Shown here piece after piece: positions 1 to 6,623 of a DNA stretch of 47,612 nucleotides (positions are counted from its first letter, which is position 1; every line of letters begins with the position of its first letter). The position numbers and the translations under genes were made by a program. The stretch spans positions 1-47,612 of the forward strand of contig MHCB01000012.1 of assembly GCA_001816455.1 (NCBI GenBank), read 5' to 3'. Source of the stretch: Candidatus Blackburnbacteria bacterium RIFCSPHIGHO2_12_FULL_44_25 (GTDB lineage: Bacteria; Patescibacteriota; Microgenomatia; UBA8517; UBA10165). The notes under the pieces are model-generated. The model made no database searches. It was not told the origin of the DNA and worked only from the letters and a program-made list of their open reading frames with translations.

Positions 1-680
1 GTTCCACTGCCGCAAAACGGATCCAGAATAGTGTCCCCTTTTTTGGTACATGAAAGAATAATTCGTTTAAGTAGTTCTTGTGGTTTTTGGGTTGGATGCT
101 TACCAAACTTTCGCTCAACCAGACTTGGAGCATGAATTGCCCAAACACTCCCCATTTGTTCTCCCTGTTTCTTTAAAAAGTCTTCTCTCCAGTCTGCCCT
201 TTTTAGCCAGTCGTAGGAGAATTTATGCTTCGCGTTTTTATCCTTCCTTGCCCAAATTAAAGTTTCATGGTTTGCCTTAAACATTCTCCCCGAGATATTA
301 TCCGCAACCTTCGGTTTATACCAGCAAATCTCGTTTAAGATGTGATACCCCTCTTTCTCTAAAGCATATCCGCATTTATAAATGTTGTGATACGTACCAG
401 TAACCCAAATTGTGCCGTTGGGCTTTAAAAGTCGGTGGCACTCATGTAGCCATTTTCTGTGAAATTCAAAATCTTTTTCTACGCCTTCGGATTTATCCCA
501 GCCTCCTTTGTTTACCAAGACCTTCTTTCCGCGCTCAGAAGTAAACCCACCATTAGACAACCTATACGGCGGATCAGCAAAAATCATATCAAACGACTCA
601 GGAGGTAATTCTGGAAGTATCTCTAAACAGTCTCCGTGGTAAAGAGTAAACCTATCCTGCTCAAAGTATGAAGTTAACAT
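1..680 (-). CDS. DNA methyltransferase, beta-class amino-MTase (N6-adenine/N4-cytosine type); the C-terminus lies beyond the window start
   Basis: Absent from the ORF track because there is no stop in the window. My reverse-complement translation from ATG (680-678) reads [45 protein letters not shown]...[13 protein letters not shown]...[10 protein letters not shown]...[35 protein letters not shown]. It stays open for all 680 nt. DPPY (motif IV) lies N-terminal to FxGSG (motif I), which is the beta-class order. Confidence 0.85.
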   Translation of the reverse strand, partial: [226 protein letters not shown]

Positions 681-707
681 TATAAAAAGCAGGACTATAC
701 TATGCCG

Positions 708-1418
708 TTAAAATTTATCACTTATATGATCAACTTCAGAAAATCTTATCTCACCTCTAAAGCTGTTTATTTCTTCAACATCGCGCTTGAAAACCTCCAA
801 ACTCTCAAAGTGATTCGTCACATGACTATCAATCTTGTCTTCGTCAATCCATTCATACTTTCCTTCCGCGGAATCAACAATCTCTCCTTCAGGATTGCGC
901 ACCAGACAATAATACAAGAACTTATCCTCTAAAAGTTCGCCCGTTTGTTTATCAAAAACTCGAAAATGCCTAATACTAAAAACTTGCGGTTCTCCGTCAA
1001 GATTTGTCTCCTCTTTCAACTCTCTTTTTGCTCCGTCAATAACAGTTTCTCCGTAAGCAATCTTTCCCGACATAAATCCCTGACATCCATAAAAAGGTTG
1101 CTTAAGTCTCGTATAGACTAGATACTGTCTCTTCCCGTTTCTTTCGCAAATAGCGCAAACGATAGCGCCAATTTTAGCCTGCTTCTCAATCGTTGCTGTA
1201 CCAGTATTCATCCTGTTAGCATATTCTTTTCCGGATGAAGTAAGAAAGTACCCTTCCTTGGTTTTTGTGACCCACCCTTCTTTAATAATCTGGTCTAAGT
1301 GGAAGTCAAACTGATTATTCAGCATCTCATTATCGGGCTTCATTTCTGTATATCGAAGAGAAGTCGCGAAAAGAAGCTTCCGTAAAATTTGAAGTTGAAT
1401 TAAGTGTAGCTGCTTCAT
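708..1418 (-). CDS. Winged-helix (MarR/ArsR-like) DNA-binding domain fused to a C-terminal NUDIX hydrolase domain
   Basis: 236-aa ORF. The N-terminus LQILRKLLFATSLRYTEMKP...FDFHLDQIIKEGWVTKTKEGYFLTSSGKEY looks like a wHTH. The Nudix box GKIAYGETVIDGAKRELKEETNL fits GX5EX7REUXEE. The stop lies 28 nt upstream of the methyltransferase start on the same strand. Confidence 0.8.
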   Translation of the reverse strand: MKQLHLIQLQILRKLLFATSLRYTEMKPDNEMLNNQFDFHLDQIIKEGWVTKTKEGYFLTSSGKEYANRMNTGTATIEKQAKIGAIVCAICERNGKRQYLVYTRLKQPFYGCQGFMSGKIAYGETVIDGAKRELKEETNLDGEPQVFSIRHFRVFDKQTGELLEDKFLYYCLVRNPEGEIVDSAEGKYEWIDEDKIDSHVTNHFESLEVFKRDVEEINSFRGEIRFSEVDHISDKF

Positions 1419-1458
1419 TGCTTGAATTCTAGTCAGAGGAGCAAGGCGTGTCTAGTCT

Positions 1459-1471
1459 AGTCAACTTGACT
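1459..1471. promoter_or_regulatory. Inverted repeat AGTCAA-C-TTGACT, next to the tandem gtcta-gtcta, just upstream of the wHTH-Nudix gene; possible operator
   Basis: Read directly: agtcaacttgact at 1459-1471 in the 64-nt gap between the small membrane ORF and the Nudix start (1418). TTGACT on the minus strand also resembles a -35 hexamer. No functional evidence. Confidence 0.2.
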
Positions 1472-1482
1472 GGGAAATTTCG

Positions 1483-1749
1483 TCAGTGGTGTCTTCTCTT
1501 AAGCCACCACTTTTTCAACATTCCGTACGACTCTGTGGAAACCCAATACAGGACAGTAGCAACCAAAGCTTTTAATAAGGCAAGAGGCTGATCACTAAGT
1601 CTTAAAAAGAGATAAAGCAAAACAAAGGTAAGAGAAGATATAAAAACAATTCGAGTTTTACTTGTCTCCCAATCTTTATCCGCCTCAACCCTCCTATTTC
1701 GCTCCTTAATTTTCTCGACTTCAACTTCCAACTCTACAAGTGTCACCAT
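1483..1749 (-). CDS. Small membrane protein of unknown function (charged coiled N-terminus plus 2 predicted TM helices)
   Basis: 88-aa ORF. ELEVEVEKIKERNRRVEADKD is followed by the hydrophobic stretches IVFISSLTFVLLYLFL and ALLKALVATVLYWV. It heads the minus-strand trio. No recognisable family. Confidence 0.45.
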   Translation of the reverse strand: MVTLVELEVEVEKIKERNRRVEADKDWETSKTRIVFISSLTFVLLYLFLRLSDQPLALLKALVATVLYWVSTESYGMLKKWWLKRRHH

Positions 1750-1825
1750 ACATTATTTTCTCATACCGTATAATAATCTGCCATGGAGGAAAGCCTTAAA
1801 AAGTTTATAGCGACCAATCTTAAAA

Positions 1826-1845
1826 CCTCGGGCGTTAGCCCGAGG
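1826..1845. repeat. Solitary GC-rich hairpin (8-bp stem, GTTA loop)
   Basis: cctcgggc-GTTA-gcccgagg, with perfect complementarity read from the sequence. It has the same design as the hairpins in the two modules below. Confidence 0.6.
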
Positions 1846-1876
1846 ATGAAGATTTTCCGAACACAAAGTGTGAGGA

Positions 1877-1940
1877 CAAGCGGTTAGCCGCTTGAAGCTA
1901 GAAGAAACTACCAGCGTAAGCTGGTAGAGCTTCATAGATA
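1877..1940. repeat. Two-hairpin structured repeat module, copy A (upstream of the UDG-like gene)
   Basis: caagcgg-TTAG-ccgcttg / AAGCTaGAAGAaa / ctaccagc-GTAA-gctggtag / AGCTTCATAGATA. Linker and tail are shared with copy B, while the stems differ but stay complementary. Confidence 0.65.
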
Positions 1941-1978
1941 AATTAGCCAAAGTCCAACCAACCCAAAATGCACACAAC

Positions 1979-2575
1979 GTGTATGCTCTGGATGCACTCG
2001 CAAACGAAATACGACGAAAGAACCTACTCCTATACTTCATGCAACTTGCCGAAAGAAAACCTGAAGTTTTGTTAATCGGTGAAGCTCCTGGTTACCAAGG
2101 TTGTCGATGGACCGGAGTATCTTTTTGCTCAGAACACATAATAACCAACGGTATCCCAGAAATCGATATGTTTGGTAGTCATAAAGGATATAAAAAAACT
2201 GACGAAAGCGAAAAGGTTTGGAAAGAACCTTCAGCAACAATTGTGTGGAACGTTCTTAAGGGGGTTAAAAATCTACCCTTGATTTGGGCATCATACCCGT
2301 ACCATCCCCACAAACCCGGAAAGAGGCTAACCAATCGTGCTCCCACCAGCGAAGAACTCGCAATCGGCAGACCTTTCATTCAAGAACTGATAGATATTTT
2401 TGGGATTAAAAAAGTTATTGCTATTGGCAACAAAGCAGAACTTACATTAAATAAACTAAACATCCCAGCCCCCAAGGTTCGCCACCCTTCTCATGGGGGC
2501 GCAAAACTGTTTGCCGAGGGCATACACAAACTTCTATCAGCCAAAGCAGAGAACCATGGCATTTGCCGTGGGTGA
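1979..2575 (+). CDS. Uracil-DNA glycosylase superfamily protein (family-4/5-like motifs)
   Basis: 198-aa ORF with a GTG start at 1979; an in-frame ATG at 2039 is the alternative. Motif A is LLIGEAPGYQGCRWTGVSF and motif B is VRHPSHGG, in the spacing typical of the UDG fold. There is no N-terminal CxxC pair. Confidence 0.7.
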   Translation: MYALDALANEIRRKNLLLYFMQLAERKPEVLLIGEAPGYQGCRWTGVSFCSEHIITNGIPEIDMFGSHKGYKKTDESEKVWKEPSATIVWNVLKGVKNLPLIWASYPYHPHKPGKRLTNRAPTSEELAIGRPFIQELIDIFGIKKVIAIGNKAELTLNKLNIPAPKVRHPSHGGAKLFAEGIHKLLSAKAENHGICRG

Positions 2576-2588
2576 ATGCTTTTACAAT

Positions 2589-2650
2589 CACAGCTTTAGC
2601 TGTGAAGCTGAGAAGATGCCACGGCTTTAGCCGTGGAGCTTCATAGATTA
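2589..2650. repeat. Two-hairpin structured repeat module, copy B (between the convergent stops at 2575 and 2648)
   Basis: cacagc-TTTA-gctgtg / AAGCTgaGAAGAtg / ccacggc-TTTA-gccgtgg / AGCTTCATAGATT. No T/U tract follows on either strand. Confidence 0.65.
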
Positions 2651-4327
2651 AAGGGTGCAAAGAGAACTAGGAGAGATCTTGCATTTCATTTCTGGATTCG
2701 TCTCATATCCACGAAAGATTGGATTTCCGTTTAAGTCATTTACTTCCAAAACTTTAGTCAAGAAATGCTCCTTTGCTTGCTGTTCAGAAATCGCAAATTC
2801 ATCCCCGACCAAAATCTGCCTTTTATAAATATCTTCATCCCATCTAATGTTTCTTGTTTCGATATTCCCAAACTTATAATATGAGCTGAAACTTGGCTTA
2901 TTGTAGTAGTCTTCCTTAATCGTTTGGTCTACCTCTTGTTGAAACTCAGCCGGAGGATATGCCAGGAAAAAGGCTAGTTCTATGTAAACAGGTTTCGTTC
3001 TCGACTGGTCAATTAGGAATTTTTTATCCGGGTTTTCTTTTATAACCTCTGCTAATTGTTGGAAACCGTATCCCCAAACACGAGCCCTCTCGTGTGGCAA
3101 CAGAACAAAATAACCCCTCCAAAGAAGAACAATAGAATACACCAATAGAAATACAACCAGCGGAAAAGCGAACCTTAGCCTAATTTTTTGCAGCACCATG
3201 TCTAACCCGAGCGTTGTTACAAGAGAGATAGGCAACAATAAAGGAAGAGCCCTTTGAGTCGAAAATGGATCCTTGGTAAGTGCAACAGGAAAAGGTATAA
3301 GGAAAAGCAAAAGAAATATAAACCGACCCGCGTTTGTTTTGCGTAAAGTCCATAGTTTTAGGAGCCCCAAAAACCAGGGTCCTACCATCCAAGGATAAAA
3401 AGTAGCAAGATCAGGTATAGACCGTTGCGGATCAGGATCTGGCAAAAAGAAAAGAGACCTTGGAGAAAAATAAGCCACATACTGCGAGAAAAATTCCCTC
3501 AAAAAAGAAAGAGGTATTGCTATTATCTCAGGTAAAAAGCGAATTTTTTCTGCTTGACTTATTACCTGTTGACTGTAAAACAAAGCGGACTTAGAGAAAA
3601 ACACCGTCGTATCCAAAAGCGTGAAATTGGGGATTTGAATTATCCCAAAAGCAACAGCAGAAGCAAACAGAACTATCTTGTTTGATCGATCAAACAAGTT
3701 TTTTCTAAATAAAAACAAAAACGAAAACGCAAAAAAGACAGAAAGATAACGCTCTAGGTGCGCTCCATAGGTGGAAAGTGACAAGAAAATAAAACCAAGC
3801 AATAAATAGGTTTTTCGCGAGAGGGATAACCAACAAAACAATACACCGACAAAAAACAAGAAAAAGCCCAGGTAAATTTCATATCCAGTCCGAGCAAAAA
3901 AAACATTCCACGGCGTTATCGCAAAGAGAAAAGTTGTAGTAAGTAAAGTAATTCTGCTTCTAGTAATTCTTAAACTCTTTAAAAGCAAAAAGAACACAAT
4001 TATTCCGAAGATTCCACAGACGGAAGAAGCAAGCCGCACAGCCATTGCATTCAAACCAAACACCCGAACAAGAGGGATCGTAATATACGTGTAAACAGGC
4101 GGTGAGTAAGACCCAAAAAACCGTAAAGCAACCGGAAAAGATTTCCCATATTCATCCTTCCTTGTGAGATTTAACGAGTAGGCATTATAACCAGTAACAG
4201 TCTCATCCACATATACCCCGGGTGGTACTCTTGCTAAGTCATGTAGGTAAAAGAAAGTACCAAACACCACAATCAAACAAAGAGCTAAGATTTCAATAAT
4301 CACCCACCGAAACCTACGAGTATTCAT
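2648..4327 (-). CDS. GT-C fold membrane glycosyltransferase, ArnT/PMT_2 (GT39)-like; outlying seventh member of the tandem family
   Basis: 559 aa. The first loop is VYVDETVTGYNAYSLNLTRKDEYGKSFPV. It also has AITPWNVFFARTGYE, FLPDPDPQRSIP, ALTKDPFSTQRALPLL and the C-terminal KPVYIELAFFLAYPPAEFQQ. All of these align with the proteins at 19632-30835. Many TM helices. Confidence 0.8.
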   Translation of the reverse strand: MNTRRFRWVIIEILALCLIVVFGTFFYLHDLARVPPGVYVDETVTGYNAYSLNLTRKDEYGKSFPVALRFFGSYSPPVYTYITIPLVRVFGLNAMAVRLASSVCGIFGIIVFFLLLKSLRITRSRITLLTTTFLFAITPWNVFFARTGYEIYLGFFLFFVGVLFCWLSLSRKTYLLLGFIFLSLSTYGAHLERYLSVFFAFSFLFLFRKNLFDRSNKIVLFASAVAFGIIQIPNFTLLDTTVFFSKSALFYSQQVISQAEKIRFLPEIIAIPLSFLREFFSQYVAYFSPRSLFFLPDPDPQRSIPDLATFYPWMVGPWFLGLLKLWTLRKTNAGRFIFLLLFLIPFPVALTKDPFSTQRALPLLLPISLVTTLGLDMVLQKIRLRFAFPLVVFLLVYSIVLLWRGYFVLLPHERARVWGYGFQQLAEVIKENPDKKFLIDQSRTKPVYIELAFFLAYPPAEFQQEVDQTIKEDYYNKPSFSSYYKFGNIETRNIRWDEDIYKRQILVGDEFAISEQQAKEHFLTKVLEVNDLNGNPIFRGYETNPEMKCKISPSSLCTL

Positions 4328-5039
4328 ATGACATAACTTGAAGAAACACTAAAGACAAAAAAACCAACAGCAAAACTTTCAAACTCTGCCTTCCAGCAAA
4401 CCGCTTTACAAAAGCATTCATTCCGGTTGCGCAAACAACGACAATAAAAGGAAAAAGTCCAATCGGGCCATACTGATTCCGATGACCCACAAACGAGACC
4501 AAAAAGATAGGGAGAAGAACAAACAAACCTTTCTGCCAACAAAACCGTCTTTCTAATTTAAGAATTCCAAAGACAAAAAACGGGAGAAAGACATAAGGAA
4601 ACTTTTCGAACTCATCAAAACCCACCCGCTGTCGCGGATGGTTGGCAAAGAAATACAGACCAGGATCAACCACTTCGGAAAAGTTTTGCTGAATTCTGTT
4701 TACCCAAATGGAGAACTTACTCTCTTCAAACCAGTTTGCAGGATAGAACCAAATATAGTGACCAAAAACCTGGTAAAAAGTGGGTGGATAAATATGCAGT
4801 CTTTGCTGTTGAACGAACTTTTGACTATCACCAAGGGCACTTAGTGGTTGTTTGTCTGTGGTCTTATATTGGACAACCAAAAGGATTACCAAAAGAGACA
4901 AAAGTATCTTACCGTCTAACCACTTTTGTTTTTTGTAAAAAAGGAAAGAGACGACGACCACAAAAATCCCAATCAAAGCGTTCTCAAAAACCAACCTCCA
5001 TGTCCACGGACTAAGGAGTAGGGCTAAGAAAAAAGACAT
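4314..5039 (-). CDS. Membrane protein resembling only the central/C-terminal TM module of the GT39-like family (no catalytic first loop)
   Basis: 241 aa. NFSEVVDPGLYFFANHPRQRVGFDEFEKFPYVFLPFFVFGILKL parallels NYLEPYSAKFLFIEGDLNPRHSP...FEFFFLLLGV in the full-length paralogs. The stop overlaps the start of 2648-4327 by 14 nt. Confidence 0.5.
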   Translation of the reverse strand: MSFFLALLLSPWTWRLVFENALIGIFVVVVSFLFYKKQKWLDGKILLSLLVILLVVQYKTTDKQPLSALGDSQKFVQQQRLHIYPPTFYQVFGHYIWFYPANWFEESKFSIWVNRIQQNFSEVVDPGLYFFANHPRQRVGFDEFEKFPYVFLPFFVFGILKLERRFCWQKGLFVLLPIFLVSFVGHRNQYGPIGLFPFIVVVCATGMNAFVKRFAGRQSLKVLLLVFLSLVFLQVMSYEYS

Positions 5040-5073
5040 ACGTTATTCTAACAAAACCGCTACAATTGAAGTC

Positions 5074-6570
5074 GTGAACAAGCTTTTGGCAATTGTCTTC
5101 GTTGTCTCCCTTGTATTTATTCTTTACCATCCAGCCCTCAAAACCTTCTTTTCTCAAGACGACTTTTTCCACTTCAGAGTAAGCCAAACCGATGGAACTC
5201 TGGGAGGATTTCTTAGCCTCTTTGGATTTCATTCATTTGAAGAAAGGAAAATCGCCTTTTATCGCCCCATAACCCGGGAACTGCCATTCAACTTGTCTTA
5301 TGCCTTCTTTGGCCTTAACCCGGCTCCCCTCAGAATACTTTCTTTTCTTCTACTTTTTGCCAACACCTACATGGTTTATCTGTTAATTGCAAAACTATTC
5401 AAAAACAAAACTATTGGGTTTTTTACAAGCCTCTTCTTCGCAACAACCTCCAACACAGCCGCCCTCTATTATCTTGCCGGTGGAATCCAAACAATCGGCG
5501 CCACCTTTTTTATTCTTCTTACCTTACTCCTGTTCGATCGCTACCTGGAAACCGGGAATAAGAAGATAAAAGTTCTTTCTTTCTTTACTTTTTTATTAGC
5601 TCTCGGTTCCGAAGAGCAATCCGTAATTCTACCCGTTCTTCTTGCTGGTTTAATATTTATTCAATCTTCTTTCAAAGAGTCCATTAAGAAATCTTTACTG
5701 GAACTTTGGCCACACATATTAGTAGTATGTGTTTTTACCTGGGCAGATATTAATCTGATCGGTTTTTCAAAAGAGGAAACTCAGTATCATTTTGACTTTT
5801 CGATTAAGAAACTTGCCAACACTTTTTCGTGGTATCTGGTGTGGGCCTTTGGATTGCCCGAAATGTTAATAGATTTTGTCCTCCCAGGTTTAAAACTTAA
5901 TCCAAGCCTGATGCGGTATTGGCCGCATTTCTATAAACCCATATTCTTAAGCTTTTTTATATCTGCAGCTGTGTTAATAGCAGCAACCATCTATTCTGGG
6001 TCTAAAAACATCTTTAAAAGCAGAATTTTATGGCTTCTTATTGTCTGGTTTACCACAGGTCTAGTTCCCGTTCTATTCCTTCCTCAGCATAAATCTACAC
6101 ACTATCTGCAACCAGTACTTCCGGCCTTTTGGGGAGCAATAATCTTTCTTACTTTTTCTGCCTACGAAAACCTGAAAAGCAAAGCTCCCAAGCTTTCTGC
6201 TTTACTTGCGGGATTTTTTGCCGGAGGAATACTCTCTCTTTCTTTTTTCTCAAGCCTCGCGGGAAAGGAACTATACTGGGCAGCGTCTCGTGGAAGACTC
6301 GCAAAAAAGCTAATATCAGACATATCCTACGAGTTTCCTAAATTACCCCAAGGTGCCGTCTTGTATATCCAAAACGATCCGTCTTATCCTTTCGTTGCGA
6401 AAGACTGGGGAGGAACCTCCAAACAAGCGGCTTTCGTTTTAAATAATGTTGACGGTTTAAGGCTTTATTACAAAGACCCGTCCCTAAAAGTTTATTATCA
6501 AGATACGATTCCTCCCACAGAGGTTATTCCAGAATCCGCCTACACGGTAGTCGCAAAGATTGACTGGTGA
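5074..6570 (+). CDS. GT-C-like polytopic membrane protein, TMTC/PMT-related type (DD motif after TM1)
   Basis: 498 aa, GTG start. It reads TM1, then FFSQDDFFHF, then FYRPITRELPFNLSYAFFGLNPAPLRILSFLLLFAN. This has the same architecture as the N-terminus of 44847-47216. About 11 hydrophobic segments. Confidence 0.6.
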   Translation: MNKLLAIVFVVSLVFILYHPALKTFFSQDDFFHFRVSQTDGTLGGFLSLFGFHSFEERKIAFYRPITRELPFNLSYAFFGLNPAPLRILSFLLLFANTYMVYLLIAKLFKNKTIGFFTSLFFATTSNTAALYYLAGGIQTIGATFFILLTLLLFDRYLETGNKKIKVLSFFTFLLALGSEEQSVILPVLLAGLIFIQSSFKESIKKSLLELWPHILVVCVFTWADINLIGFSKEETQYHFDFSIKKLANTFSWYLVWAFGLPEMLIDFVLPGLKLNPSLMRYWPHFYKPIFLSFFISAAVLIAATIYSGSKNIFKSRILWLLIVWFTTGLVPVLFLPQHKSTHYLQPVLPAFWGAIIFLTFSAYENLKSKAPKLSALLAGFFAGGILSLSFFSSLAGKELYWAASRGRLAKKLISDISYEFPKLPQGAVLYIQNDPSYPFVAKDWGGTSKQAAFVLNNVDGLRLYYKDPSLKVYYQDTIPPTEVIPESAYTVVAKIDW

Positions 6571-6623
6571 TACAATCTTATCTACGGTAGTCGCAAAGAT
6601 TGACTGATGATACAATCTTATCT
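6544..6623. repeat. Perfect-but-one 40-bp tandem duplication (2 copies) spanning a gene junction
   Basis: 6544-6583 is acggtagtcgcaaagattgactGgtgatacaatcttatct. 6584-6623 is identical except G6567/A6607. Copy 1 contains the stop of the 5074 gene, and copy 2 contains the TTG start of the flippase. Confidence 0.9.

Noticed and set aside
1753-2040. A 95-aa minus-strand ORF covering the 1750-1978 intergenic region, and the 72-aa ORF at 2442-2660(-) covering repeat copy B.
   Set aside because: Both read straight through the GC-rich palindromes, so parts of the peptide are palindrome artefacts such as PRANARG. The two repeat copies are not conserved at the peptide level. The first also overlaps the UDG gene start.
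1826-2650. Integron attC sites. The hairpins contain GTTAGCC, which resembles the GTTRRRY core, and they flank a single promoterless-looking gene.
   Set aside because: GTTAGCC violates the RRR part of the consensus. The stems are perfect rather than carrying the extrahelical bases typical of attC. No integrase or attI is present in the window. It is retained only as a loose cassette-insertion analogy in the finding.
2589-2650. A bidirectional intrinsic terminator between the convergent genes.
   Set aside because: Neither strand has a T/U run after the hairpins. An almost identical module (1877-1940) sits between divergent starts, where termination is not needed. Termination without a U-tract cannot be excluded.
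5061-5066. TACAAT 7 nt upstream of the GTG start at 5074, considered as a promoter for a leaderless first gene of the long operon.
   Set aside because: There is no acceptable -35 hexamer at a 16-18-nt spacing, and a GTG-initiated leaderless mRNA would be unusual. It is too weak to list as a feature.
6544-6623. A CRISPR-like or minisatellite array.
   Set aside because: There are only two directly abutting copies with no spacer. It overlaps coding sequence, and there are no cas genes in the window.
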